DNA from: an uncultured bacterium
Lineage (GTDB): Bacteria; Patescibacteriota; JACMRA01
Assembly: GCA_963784355.1 (NCBI GenBank)
Contig: CAWAQU010000007.1
Span: forward strand, 1 to 64,000
DNA: 64,000 bases
Direction of reading: 5' to 3'
Positions 30,684 through 41,068 of this stretch are shown in pieces (position 1 is the stretch's first letter; every line of letters starts with the position of its first letter). Under the pieces are notes generated by a model, which searched no databases, was not told where the DNA came from, and saw nothing but the letters and a program-made list of their open reading frames with translations. A program made the translations under genes and the position numbers.

Positions 30684-31541
30684 TTACCAACTAATCACAA
30701 TTTTACCTTTTTTATCATCTCCTTCTATCTTTATTTTGGCTTTTGGAAAGGATTTAGCTATATCATCAACCCTTTTTACAATTTCTTGGTTTAAATTATG
30801 CAAATTCTTTATATCTCGGTCTTTAAAAACTCTTTTGGGCTTATCAAGTAGTGCTATAATCTCCTTTACAGTTAAGTCTTTTTTAATAATCTCTTCTAGA
30901 ATTTCAGCTTGTTTTTCTTCTGATAAACCAACTAAATGTCTTGCTTGACCTTCTCCAATTGCTTTACTAGACAATGCCTGCTGAACGGGTTTACTGAGGG
31001 TAAGTAGTCTCAAATAATTCTTGATATACTGTATTGAATTGCCGAGTGTTTTTGCTAATTGCTCTTCATCAATATTTTGAGTTTGCATTAGCATTTTGTA
31101 TGTATTTGCTAGTTCAATTGCACTCAAGTCCTCTCTTTGTAAGTTTTCTAAAGCACTCAACATTGCTTGCTGCTGCTGGGTCAGGCTATTTGCTGGTCTT
31201 ACAATTGCCATGATTTCCTTCCAGCCTAACAGCTTACACGCTCTCAGTCGTCTCTCACCGGCTACTAAAATATATTCTTTTTCATCTTTTTTGGCTGATT
31301 CTTTTACGACCACTAGAATTGGATGAATTAAACCGCTCTCCTTAATATTTTCGGCTAAATTCTGGATTTTTTCAAAATCAAAGCTGGTTCTTGTTTGAAA
31401 TGGGCTCATTTGTACCTCTGAAATTGGTATGTAGGTAGCTAAAGATTGAGATAACCCGATATTTTCAGACTGATTCAATTCCAAAGCTTCCTCACCAAAA
31501 TAATCTCCAAGTATATTTCCTAATGATTTTCCTAAAGGCAT
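30684..31541 (-). CDS. parB: ParB/Spo0J partition protein
   Basis: LGKSLG, VAGERRLRA, ENLQREDL, HTH. Confidence 0.93.
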   Translation of the reverse strand: MPLGKSLGNILGDYFGEEALELNQSENIGLSQSLATYIPISEVQMSPFQTRTSFDFEKIQNLAENIKESGLIHPILVVVKESAKKDEKEYILVAGERRLRACKLLGWKEIMAIVRPANSLTQQQQAMLSALENLQREDLSAIELANTYKMLMQTQNIDEEQLAKTLGNSIQYIKNYLRLLTLSKPVQQALSSKAIGEGQARHLVGLSEEKQAEILEEIIKKDLTVKEIIALLDKPKRVFKDRDIKNLHNLNQEIVKRVDDIAKSFPKAKIKIEGDDKKGKIVISW

Positions 31542-31683
31542 GTGTAAGTATTATAATCTAAATTGATTTTCAAACTGAAAATTGTCAATTTGTTATAAAA
31601 TAATCCATGCTACTTTAGAGTCAAAATTTTCTCTATTTAAAAAATGAGCTATTTTTATTATAAATTAATGTCGCTTATATTCA

Positions 31684-31944
31684 CTACATATAAGTAATTT
31701 TAGCGGTAGAGTCTATATATTTTGATCGTTCTTCAAGTCTATCCATTTCCTCTTTTGAAATAATATATGCCTGAATACTGGTTTCAACTGGATCAACTAC
31801 TATATCTTTCGGGTCTTCGGGGTTTATCAATAAGTAAGTAATTGAAACCAAAATAAGTAATTTTTTAAGAATCTCTGAGTATTTTATAATGTCTTTTTGG
31901 ACTATAGCTTCACTTCTATTAATCCCATTTTCTGTTGCTGACAT
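31684..31944 (-). CDS. Hypothetical small membrane protein
   Basis: 86-aa ORF with one hydrophobic stretch. Confidence 0.4.
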   Translation of the reverse strand: MSATENGINRSEAIVQKDIIKYSEILKKLLILVSITYLLINPEDPKDIVVDPVETSIQAYIISKEEMDRLEERSKYIDSTAKITYM

Positions 31945-32211
31945 AGGGCTAAATGCTTAGTTTATCGCATCCTGATTACCACTAAGCAAAATTTGTAGTA
32001 AAAAAGTGCTAGCCCAGACAATAGCATTAGTATTAACAAATGTCAAGAATAAATTTTCGAGATATTGACCTGAGTTTATGCTATTTAATGATTAAAGAAT
32101 AAAACTAAATTTTCTTCGTAATTTGGATTAAAAATTGGCATAAAAATAAGGAGGTATTGAACCTCCTAAAATATGTTTTTATATTGAATTGTTTATTTTT
32201 AATTTTTTTGT

Positions 32212-32285
32212 TGGTGGACCTTGAGAGAATTGAACTCTCCACTCCTCCGTGCAAAGGAGATATTATACCGCTTAACTAAAGGCCC
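32212..32285 (-). tRNA. tRNA-Ala(UGC)
   Basis: GGGCCTT...AAGGTCC-A-CCA, G3:U70 pair, anticodon TGC. Confidence 0.95.
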
Positions 32286-32300
32286 AATATAAAATTTTGA

Positions 32301-32377
32301 TGGGTTGACCGACGGGACTTGAACCCGCGACATCTAGTTCCACAAACTAGAACTCTACCAACTGAGCTACGATCAAC
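32301..32377 (-). tRNA. tRNA-His(GUG)
   Basis: Encoded G-1 pairing with C73, anticodon GTG, TTCAAGT loop, CCA. Confidence 0.95.
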
Positions 32378-32558
32378 ATTTAATTAACTTTAAAACTGTT
32401 AATTTATGCGAATCCCATAATTTATAAGTAAAACTAAATTTCCAAATAAATGTTGGTATACGAGAATATTATTAAGCTGATTTTTAGCTTTTGTCAATAT
32501 TATTTTTTAGAAAAACCTGTTTACAATTTTTTACAATTAGTTTCAACTTAAATAAAAT

Positions 32559-34766
32559 ATGGCTAAAGTTACAAAGGTTTTGCCTAAAATTACCCCTCAG
32601 CTCGATGTTAGTACAAAAATAAGCATATCAATTGTTGCCTGTTTTGCGGCAAGTTTGCTTGCTTATTTATCTATTTTAAACTTGGCAGGTACACTTGGAG
32701 CTTTAATTGCATCTATTATGTATTTGATTGTGGGTAGGGCTGCAATAATATTGCCACTAGGATTTATAATTACCGGAATTATTTTAGTTAGGATACAAAA
32801 AAACCTAACATTAATCGGCGATGTAAATGCCCGTATGGCCTGGGGCTTTTTCCTAATATTTTCGGCTATCACGGGATTTTTAAGCATCTTTTTTGGTGTG
32901 AAAAGTCCTGGTACCATGGATAAGGGCGGAGGACTGCTAGGATATGTTCTTTATCCTTGGATACTTGGCTCTCTAGGGCCGTTAGGGGCAGGATTGATAC
33001 TTTTTTGTATGGCCTTTATAGGCTTTTTCCTAGTTTCTCAATTGACTTTTGTACAGTTTATGGAAAAGCTGCAGCTTTCAGTAAAAAACCCTGATAAAAT
33101 ATGGGATTTGGTTCCGGATATATTTGAATTATGGAATGGAAAATCTGCATTAAATAATCCTAAAAGTGAAGAATACGTAAAGCATTTAAAAAGTCTTAAT
33201 GATGCATCAAGGCTGAAAGATGCAAAAAGAAGTAGGGATGGTGATTTGTCAACACAAAATTCAGATATTGCAGATTTAAACGATGCTGCTAGGAAAGCCG
33301 TACAGTCAAATAAAAAAAGAGAAAAAATGGGTAACTGGAATTTACCTCCTTTCGAGATATTAAATACAGGAAAGACAAAAGTAGAGGCCGGGAATATTGA
33401 AGGAAATAAGGCTATTATTAAAGATACACTGTCTCACTTTGGCATTAGTGTCGAAATGGCAGATACTGTTACGGGTCCTACAGTCACGCAGTATACTTTT
33501 AAACCTGCTAATGGAGTAAAATTATCATCAATAGATTCCTTACAACGTGACTTGGCTTTAGCTTTAGCAGTAAATAATCTAAGACTTGAAGCTCCTGTAG
33601 CAGGTCAGAGCTTGGTTGGAGTTGAGATTCCGAATAAAGTAAAATCCCAAGTTAGATTAAGAGATATTTTACAGACGCAAGGTTTTGTAAATTTTGATGG
33701 AGAATTGCCTGTAGCCATTGGTAAAGATGTAGCAGGCCATAACCTAGTACAATCACTTGCTAAAATGCCTCATTTATTAGTTGCAGGAGCTACCGGTGCC
33801 GGTAAATCCGTTTGGATAAATGCGATGCTTCTAAGTCTGTTATATCGGTATTCGCCACAAGATTTACAATTAATCTTGGTGGATATGAAAAGGGTTGAGT
33901 TGAAATTGTATGAAGGAGTGCCTCATTTACTTTCCAATGTGATTACAGATGCTGAAAAAGCTATTAATGCTTTAAAGTGGACGGTACTTGAAATGGATAG
34001 GCGTTACAAATTGTTAGAAATTTACGGTAAAAGAAATATTAAAGATTATAATACTTTTGCTCAAGCAAGTACTGATGAAACTGTAGAATTACTTCCTTAT
34101 ATGGTATTTGTAATAGATGAGCTCGGAGATTTAATGATGCTCGCAAAGGCGGAAGTGGAGCCTATAATTGTACGTTTAACACAGATGTCTAGAGCAGTAG
34201 GCATACATATAGTTTTAGGTACTCAAAGACCTGACATACATGTGGTTACCGGTTTAATTAAAGCCAACATACCTTCGCGTATAGCTTTTGCAGTTGCTTC
34301 TCAGATTGATAGTAGAGTAATTCTCGATGTGGGTGGAGCTGAAAAATTGTTGGGGCAGGGAGATGGTTTGCTCATGTCGCCAAGTTCTATGCAGCCGGTA
34401 CGTTTTCAAGGCCCTATTGTTGAAGAATCAGAAGTTCGTAAATGTGTACAATTTTTGAAAGATCAAGCCGAATCTAATCAGTTACACAGCAATCTTAATG
34501 ATTTAGTAACGGAAGTACCAAAGGTTAAAATTAACGTTCCAGGGATGTCTAGCAGCTCAAATAGTGATGATGCGGCTGAAGATACCTTTGAAGAGGCGAA
34601 ACGGCTTGTAATTCAATATCAGAAGGCTTCAACGAGCTTTTTACAACAGATGATGGGTGTAGGTTATCCAAAAGCTGCAAAAATTATCCAGCAATTGGAA
34701 GATTCCGGAATTGTTGGCCCTGCTAATGGAAGTAAATCTAGAGATGTGTATGCTTCTGCAGAGTAG
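32559..34766 (+). CDS. ftsK: DNA translocase FtsK/SpoIIIE
   Basis: N-terminal TMs, MPHLLVAGATGAGKS, IDELGDLM, TQRP, gamma domain. Confidence 0.96.
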   Translation: MAKVTKVLPKITPQLDVSTKISISIVACFAASLLAYLSILNLAGTLGALIASIMYLIVGRAAIILPLGFIITGIILVRIQKNLTLIGDVNARMAWGFFLIFSAITGFLSIFFGVKSPGTMDKGGGLLGYVLYPWILGSLGPLGAGLILFCMAFIGFFLVSQLTFVQFMEKLQLSVKNPDKIWDLVPDIFELWNGKSALNNPKSEEYVKHLKSLNDASRLKDAKRSRDGDLSTQNSDIADLNDAARKAVQSNKKREKMGNWNLPPFEILNTGKTKVEAGNIEGNKAIIKDTLSHFGISVEMADTVTGPTVTQYTFKPANGVKLSSIDSLQRDLALALAVNNLRLEAPVAGQSLVGVEIPNKVKSQVRLRDILQTQGFVNFDGELPVAIGKDVAGHNLVQSLAKMPHLLVAGATGAGKSVWINAMLLSLLYRYSPQDLQLILVDMKRVELKLYEGVPHLLSNVITDAEKAINALKWTVLEMDRRYKLLEIYGKRNIKDYNTFAQASTDETVELLPYMVFVIDELGDLMMLAKAEVEPIIVRLTQMSRAVGIHIVLGTQRPDIHVVTGLIKANIPSRIAFAVASQIDSRVILDVGGAEKLLGQGDGLLMSPSSMQPVRFQGPIVEESEVRKCVQFLKDQAESNQLHSNLNDLVTEVPKVKINVPGMSSSSNSDDAAEDTFEEAKRLVIQYQKASTSFLQQMMGVGYPKAAKIIQQLEDSGIVGPANGSKSRDVYASAE

Positions 34767-34924
34767 TCGCTTAATGCTGTAAATATCAGATTATAATATA
34801 AAATTAGGCATTTTTAAAACATTTCTAGAATTCTTTTAAATGCAGTAATTAAGCCAATAAATGGCAGTCAACCAAAAAAATATTTGACACAAACTCATTT
34901 TTTTCTTATAAAATCAATACTTAT

Positions 34925-35206
34925 ATGGCTAAAATCACTAAATCGGACTTTATTCAAAAGTTTGCACAAGCAAATGGTTTAACCAACGCACAAGCTGAAA
35001 GGTTGGTAAATTCTTTTTTTGATGTTATCAAGAATGAATTAAAAGTTGGTAACGAAATTCAGTTTACCGGTATGCTAAGCATGTCAGTAGGTGACAGAAA
35101 AGCTAGAGAAGGAAAAAATCCTCAAACTGGTCAACCAATCAAAATCCCAGCTTCTAAAGTTGTGAAAATCAGAGTTGGTAAAAATTTGAAAGATATTGTT
35201 AAGTAG
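34925..35206 (+). CDS. hup: HU DNA-binding protein
   Basis: RKAREGKNPQTG.PIKIPA. Confidence 0.93.
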   Translation: MAKITKSDFIQKFAQANGLTNAQAERLVNSFFDVIKNELKVGNEIQFTGMLSMSVGDRKAREGKNPQTGQPIKIPASKVVKIRVGKNLKDIVK

Positions 35207-35230
35207 TTCTATTTAACTTTTTTACATTTT

Positions 35231-35254
35231 AGTCCGGGGCAACCCGGATTTTTT
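35231..35254 (+). terminator. Intrinsic terminator
   Basis: AGTCCGGG-GCAA-CCCGGATT followed by a T run. Confidence 0.8.
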
Positions 35255-35416
35255 GCTATCTTGGATTTTAGAATCGGATCCATACCTTACTACCTTTTTA
35301 TTTTATACTAGTCGTGATTTTAAAATTTAAATACTTGTATAAAAAGCTTAACATAAAAATAACCCCCAGATGGGGGTGTAGATAAGATTAGTTATCTAAT
35401 TGTAACCTAAATTAGC

Positions 35417-36373
35417 TTAAGCTATGGCTGTTGGGTCAGCAGAGACATTACTAAGTAAATTATCAATCATATCTTCTTTTTCAGCTTCGTTGATTAATTC
35501 ATGTGTGATCATAGTACCTGCGGGTGCAAGTAAGCTATCATTTTTTCTAATTAAGTTTACTGTAACGTATTTACCCAAAGCACCTTGAACTCTTTGGTCT
35601 TTCACTTTTGAACCAATTTTTTGAGTAAAACTTTGAATTGTAACTTTAGTTTTTTGAACTGCATCAGCCGCGGTATCTTTAACATTATTTGCAGTGCCTT
35701 TTATATCATGTGATTCTGCACTGGTTTTCAACTTATCGGTGCCAGTTTCCAATTTAGCACTTAAGTTATGTCCAGTCTCCTGCGCTTTTTCTTTCAATAT
35801 CCCTAGGGAATCTTTGGTTTTTTCCATAGTTGTATTAAAAGTACCTTTAAGACCTTGGGACTCGGCCTGAGATGACATGTCAGCTTCAATATAGTTTTTT
35901 ACAATTAAAGCATATTCACCGACAGTGATTATATCTGAAGTATTAACCAATTTTTTTCCACCTGTGGTATCTTTTAAAATACCCTGAGTTACTTCAAGTT
36001 GTAATACTTTTCCTGTATGCTCATCAAAATAAATGTCACTTATTTTACCAAGTTCAGTTCCTTCTTCAGTAATTACTCTGGATTGACTTAAGTAATTTTT
36101 ATCTTGAGCTATGTTTGTAACTCTTTGAGGGGCCTCTGAAGCTTTTTTGATAAGATCACTGCTTTCAATTGTCACTGCATCTACACCAATAGCTTTGACA
36201 TCTTGTATAAGAATTACTTTTGCTTCTGAAAACCAACCACCCTCATCAATAAGTAAAGCTGTTACTTGGTTTGCTGAAGGGTCGAAAATTATATCTGTAA
36301 CTGTATTTACTTTTTCACCTGTATCCAGAGTAATTACTTTTAAACCAATTACATCTGATCCTTTAATAGTCAT
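35417..36373 (-). CDS. Double PRC-barrel protein with LEA-like Lys/Ala/Thr region
   Basis: IGLKVITLDTGEKV..V.DIIFD; VITEEGTELGKISDIYFD..TGKV. Confidence 0.8.
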   Translation of the reverse strand: MTIKGSDVIGLKVITLDTGEKVNTVTDIIFDPSANQVTALLIDEGGWFSEAKVILIQDVKAIGVDAVTIESSDLIKKASEAPQRVTNIAQDKNYLSQSRVITEEGTELGKISDIYFDEHTGKVLQLEVTQGILKDTTGGKKLVNTSDIITVGEYALIVKNYIEADMSSQAESQGLKGTFNTTMEKTKDSLGILKEKAQETGHNLSAKLETGTDKLKTSAESHDIKGTANNVKDTAADAVQKTKVTIQSFTQKIGSKVKDQRVQGALGKYVTVNLIRKNDSLLAPAGTMITHELINEAEKEDMIDNLLSNVSADPTAIA

Positions 36374-36413
36374 ATTGTTATATATTTTATTTTGTTAATT
36401 TTTTTTATTGAAT

Positions 36414-36917
36414 TTATGAAACACGTTCTGTTGTAGTTTTAATAAAACCTTTTTTGCTTTTTTTCCAAGAATAATATCCAAGTCCTAATAATATTAATGC
36501 TAAAATAACTCCGGGAATTAAGAATTTAGCCGAGTCAAAAACTTCAGACCCTGTACTTTCAATAGATAGAACTTCATCTTCAGAAGATTTTGTAATAGTT
36601 ACTTGATCATTTGGTTTTATGTCTTTTACAGAAGATTTAACTGTATTTCTCGTAATACTTATGTTGTCTCCAACAGTATATTCTTTTGTGCCATTTGCAT
36701 CTACGGTAAGCTTATTGTTATCTACTTTTAAGACTTTTCCAGTAATTTTGGTAGTTTCTTGATCTTTTACATCCGACTTTTGAGTTGTCATACTTTCTGT
36801 GCTGTAATTATTTGTAGATTGAGCAGCTACGGATACCATTTGGTTGCCGACTGAAACAAATCCAAAAGTAAGAATTAAAGATGCTATTAACAAATTAAAT
36901 GATTTATTATGTGTCAT
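36414..36917 (-). CDS. Exported beta-rich protein with a C-terminal TM anchor
   Basis: Signal peptide, OB-like segment (ITGKVLKV...DIKPNDQVTI), TM and basic tail. Confidence 0.65.
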   Translation of the reverse strand: MTHNKSFNLLIASLILTFGFVSVGNQMVSVAAQSTNNYSTESMTTQKSDVKDQETTKITGKVLKVDNNKLTVDANGTKEYTVGDNISITRNTVKSSVKDIKPNDQVTITKSSEDEVLSIESTGSEVFDSAKFLIPGVILALILLGLGYYSWKKSKKGFIKTTTERVS

Positions 36918-37232
36918 ATTTTATTTTAATTTTATAGTTTGTGTTTATAAAGGTGCTTTAATCAAAAAAGATTTAACAAAATTTTGTCAACATTATTTTA
37001 GTTATGGATGTATATAAAATGTAGTAATTAGGCTAAAATTTAATTAAAAAAGTAATTTTTTTTACAATAAAATGTTCTGCGCTAAGTGCTATAAAATAAA
37101 ATCTAAAACAGATTGTATTGTAATTAGCTCAGGCCTTTTCTCCAGGCAATATCGTTACTCCTAAAGAAGTCGAAAGATTTTTCTTGACAAAAGTATTAAC
37201 ATGTGTTTTTTTAGATTAAATTTAGCAAATTT

Positions 37233-37380
37233 ATGCATCGTTGTCCGACACTACTCATTACAAAAAATTCCGCCATTATTGTGTGGAGCTTTGGGAGTGT
37301 TTTGGTAAATATGAAAAATTAAGTTAAATAAGATTTTATTATAAACCAGACCTCCCAATTCAAGGGAGGTTTTTTATTTT
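37233..37380 (+). promoter_or_regulatory. Putative attenuator: 29-aa leader ORF, antiterminator and terminator
   Basis: uORF 37233-37322. TTGGGAGTGTTTTGGT (37291-37306) is complementary to ACCAGACCTCCCAA. Terminator AGACCTCCC-AATTCAA-GGGAGGTTTTTT ends about 10 nt before the ATG at 37390. Confidence 0.55.
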
Positions 37381-37389
37381 GCAAGCAGT

Positions 37390-38658
37390 ATGGAATGTGA
37401 ACTAACCAAAGAAACTAATTACTCTAGCCCATTTTCTAGAGAAATGAAGAGTGTCCTTGAATTATCTAGGTCTAAATCTGAAAACTTACCAAGTATTCAA
37501 GAAATTGTTGATGCAAATGCAAGGTCTACAGCTTGGCTTGCGGCGATGGCACCTCAGATTTTTGAAGTGGCACCTGATATGAAAACAACTGTTTCTCTAA
37601 AAGAAATACAGGAGCGTTGGATTGAACTTTGCTATAGTTTACCCGCAATTAAAAGACATAATGAAAAAAATTCTACCTCAAATACTGACTATGATCCAAA
37701 CGAAATTAATTCTAGGTGGCAAAAATTAAACGAACGACTAAGCCAAACAAATTTTTACAAATCTGAAGACTCAGCAAAATTAAAAGCTTCAGCCTTAGCA
37801 AATATTTCAAGTAAAAATATTACAGATAAGCAAAGTGAGGAAGATTTAATAAAAAAACAACTATTAGAGTTGACTGATATGACGAGATTCACGGTTGTTT
37901 TCAATAAGCCGTTAAGTGAATATAATTTAAAAGAAAATGGTAGGGATAACTTGGTTAATTATACAAATCAAATGATTAGCAATTTTTGTGCCTGCGGGGC
38001 AACTTTAGTTGATATTGATCCCAAATATTATGTTTCAGGCTACTCAGATCTAACCTTGAAATTTTCACTTGAAATTTATCCAGGTATAAATAAAATAGTT
38101 GAAGTTCAAATACATACTAAACAAGGGCTAGAAGCAAAAGAAAAAGATAACATTTATCCAGAACGTAAAAAAATTGCAGGTAAATTCGGTAAGGATCTGA
38201 ATTTGAAAAATGATTTTAGACCTAAAGTATTGGATTCTTGGATTGAAGAAGCTGAAAACAAAGGCATTATCCAGCAACAAATAAACGATTTTTTAAGTAA
38301 AGATCATCAGAGAATAAATGACAATTTTAAATTACACTTTGTCTCAAAGTTAAAAGAATCATTGCCGAGTCAAAAAGAACAAACTACCTTTGAACTACCT
38401 GAAGACATTGAAGAAAGATTTTGCTATGCAATTATAAGATATTATCAAAAGATACTAGACTCCAGAGAGCATTATAAAGAAGCTAAACCTGTAATAGAAT
38501 CATTAGAAGATGCGTTTTACGTAAAAGAGTGGATTGCAAGACATTATGCAAACCTCAAAGTAAGTTGTAAATCAAGCCCTTACGAATCTCATTCAGTAAT
38601 TGAAACAACCGGTAATTGTGCATATTGTGGTTTGAAATTAAACTTTAAAACTGCATAA
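37390..38658 (+). CDS. RelA/SpoT-like nucleotidyltransferase (small alarmone synthetase-like) with a Cys/His C-terminus
   Basis: K-x3-S-x3-K (KSEDSAKLK), LTDMTRFTVV, SGYSDL, VEVQIHT; C-terminal C...H...CxxC. Confidence 0.65.
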   Translation: MECELTKETNYSSPFSREMKSVLELSRSKSENLPSIQEIVDANARSTAWLAAMAPQIFEVAPDMKTTVSLKEIQERWIELCYSLPAIKRHNEKNSTSNTDYDPNEINSRWQKLNERLSQTNFYKSEDSAKLKASALANISSKNITDKQSEEDLIKKQLLELTDMTRFTVVFNKPLSEYNLKENGRDNLVNYTNQMISNFCACGATLVDIDPKYYVSGYSDLTLKFSLEIYPGINKIVEVQIHTKQGLEAKEKDNIYPERKKIAGKFGKDLNLKNDFRPKVLDSWIEEAENKGIIQQQINDFLSKDHQRINDNFKLHFVSKLKESLPSQKEQTTFELPEDIEERFCYAIIRYYQKILDSREHYKEAKPVIESLEDAFYVKEWIARHYANLKVSCKSSPYESHSVIETTGNCAYCGLKLNFKTA

Positions 38659-38687
38659 TATCTTCAAGTGAAGAAACTACTCAGTAT

Positions 38688-38710
38688 AAAAACCCGGATG
38701 ACCCGGGTTA
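38688..38710. terminator. Hairpin between convergent genes (probable fusA terminator)
   Basis: AACCCGG-ATGAC-CCGGGTT. Confidence 0.6.
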
Positions 38711-38748
38711 AATTTTTGCTTTATTATAATCTGTGTTGTGAAAACTAA

Positions 38749-40857
38749 TTATTTGCTTCTAGTTTCTACAATTTTTTCTTGGATATTTCTTGGTACTTCA
38801 GCATAGTAACCGAATTCCATGCTTGCAGTTCCTTGTCCTTTTGTGTTACCACGTAAGGTAGAAATATAACCAAATAAGTTTTCTAAAGGTACATCAGAAC
38901 GTATTACTGTACCCTTACCTCGCTTTTCGCTGCCTTGGATTTGGCCTCTTCGTGAGTTTAAATCACCAATAACGTCTCCCATGTATTCATCAGGTACTAC
39001 TACTTCCACTTTCATGATAGGTTCCAAAAGTACAGGATCTGCTTTCAGGATACCGTCTTTCATACCGATACTTCCAGCCAATTTGAATGCCATTTCGGAA
39101 GAGTCAACATCATGGTATGAACCATCAAAAACTTCTACATGCACATCAATTACAGGATAGCCTGCTAAAGCTCCATTTTGACAAACTTCTTCACAACCTT
39201 TTTGAATTGCAGGAATGTATTCTCTTGGAATAGCACCACCAACAACTTTATTTTCAAATTCAAAACCTTTTCCTCTTTCAAGTGGAGCGATTCTAAGCCA
39301 ACAGTGACCGTACTGTCCTCTACCTCCTGACTGACGAACGTATTTAGCTTCAATTTCAACTGGCTTTCTAATTGCCTCTTTGTAAGCAACCTGAGGAGCA
39401 CCTACATTAGTTTCAACTTTGTATTCTCTCTTCATTCTATCTACAATGATATCCAAGTGGAGCTCTCCCATTCCTGAGATAATTGTCTGGCCTGTCTCTT
39501 CATTTGTAAAGACTCTTAATGAAGGATCTTCAGCCATTAACTTGCTAAGAGCAATACCCATCTTTTCTTGATCTTGTTTAGTTTTTGGCTCAACAGCTAA
39601 AGAGATAACAGGTTCAGGGAAATTAATTGATTCTAAAAGTAAAGGTTTAGACTTAGTACATAAAGTATCACCGGTACGTACATCTTTTAGACCCACAAAT
39701 GCCGCAATTTCACCTGCAAAAACTTCATCAACATCTTCACGATTGTTTGAGTGCAATAGTACTATTCTACCCGCTCTTTCAGTTTTTCTTGTACGTGGGT
39801 TAAACAATTCATCACCCTTTTTAACTACTCCCGAGTAGACTCTAAAGAAGGTCAATGTACCAAATTGGTCAGAAGCTAGCTTGAAGGCTAAGGCACCTAG
39901 AGCTCCACTATCATCAGCTTTCATCGGTATAGTTTTTTCTTCGTCATCAATATCATGTGCGATTGTAGGAGGGATATCAATTGGAGAAGGTAAGTACTCA
40001 CAAACCGCATCCAAAATCATTTGTACGCCTTTATTTTTTAAAGCAGATCCACAAAAAATAGGGTGTAAATTACATTTAACTGTAGCTCTTCTAATTGCCA
40101 TTTTTATTTCATTGATAGAAAACTCAGTACCTTCTAAATATTTTTCCATTAATTCATCATCTGATTCAGCTACTTTTTCAATTAACTTAGCTCTGTATTC
40201 AGCTACAATATCAATCATGTCAGCAGGCACACCTTCCTCGCGGAGGTCTTTACCCATATCATCATAATAAATATAAGCTTTTTCAGTAAGTAAATCAATA
40301 ACCCCTTTAAAATTCTCTTCACTACCGATAGGTAATTGCATTACTACACCGTTGTCAGTAAGGCGCTCACTAATAGATTTTACATCATAGAAAAAATCTG
40401 CACCAGTACGATCAAGTTTATTGATAAAACACATTCTAGGAACATTGTATTTATCAGCTTGTCTCCATACTGTCTCAGACTGAGATTCTACACCGGCAAC
40501 TCCATCAAATACAGTAATTGCACCATCCAAAACTCTTAAACTTCGTTCTACTTCTACAGTAAAATCAACGTGACCAGGTGTATCAATAATATTGAATCTA
40601 GTTAAGTTATCACCATCTTCATAAACCCAATCCGGTGCATTCCAAAAACAAGTAGTAGCAGCTGCAGTAATGGTGATACCTCTCTCCCTTTCCTGTTCCA
40701 TCCAGTCCATTGTTGCTTCTCCTTCATGAACTTCTCCAATTTTGTGAGTTTTACCTGTGTATAATAATACTCTTTCAGTAAATGTAGTTTTACCTGCGTC
40801 AATATGGGCAATAATACCAAAATTGCGTACTTTGTTGATAGGTCTAGATCTAGCCAT
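38749..40857 (-). CDS. fusA: Elongation factor G
   Basis: [33 protein letters not shown]. Confidence 0.98.
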   Translation of the reverse strand: MARSRPINKVRNFGIIAHIDAGKTTFTERVLLYTGKTHKIGEVHEGEATMDWMEQERERGITITAAATTCFWNAPDWVYEDGDNLTRFNIIDTPGHVDFTVEVERSLRVLDGAITVFDGVAGVESQSETVWRQADKYNVPRMCFINKLDRTGADFFYDVKSISERLTDNGVVMQLPIGSEENFKGVIDLLTEKAYIYYDDMGKDLREEGVPADMIDIVAEYRAKLIEKVAESDDELMEKYLEGTEFSINEIKMAIRRATVKCNLHPIFCGSALKNKGVQMILDAVCEYLPSPIDIPPTIAHDIDDEEKTIPMKADDSGALGALAFKLASDQFGTLTFFRVYSGVVKKGDELFNPRTRKTERAGRIVLLHSNNREDVDEVFAGEIAAFVGLKDVRTGDTLCTKSKPLLLESINFPEPVISLAVEPKTKQDQEKMGIALSKLMAEDPSLRVFTNEETGQTIISGMGELHLDIIVDRMKREYKVETNVGAPQVAYKEAIRKPVEIEAKYVRQSGGRGQYGHCWLRIAPLERGKGFEFENKVVGGAIPREYIPAIQKGCEEVCQNGALAGYPVIDVHVEVFDGSYHDVDSSEMAFKLAGSIGMKDGILKADPVLLEPIMKVEVVVPDEYMGDVIGDLNSRRGQIQGSEKRGKGTVIRSDVPLENLFGYISTLRGNTKGQGTASMEFGYYAEVPRNIQEKIVETRSK

Positions 40858-41068
40858 AATATAATATTGATGTAGGGCCCTTAGGTGAGCCTTAATTTAG
40901 GCTTAAATTAACTGGAATTTTTAAGCTTTTGTCAAGTCTAATTGCCTTTATAGATAAATATTCTAAAGTTTCGATAACAAAACAAATTATCCTAGGATTG
41001 TTTCGCCATGTACACATTCACCCTTATTGACAATCAGTCTTTTTTAGGTAAATGTAAAAATAGTTGCC

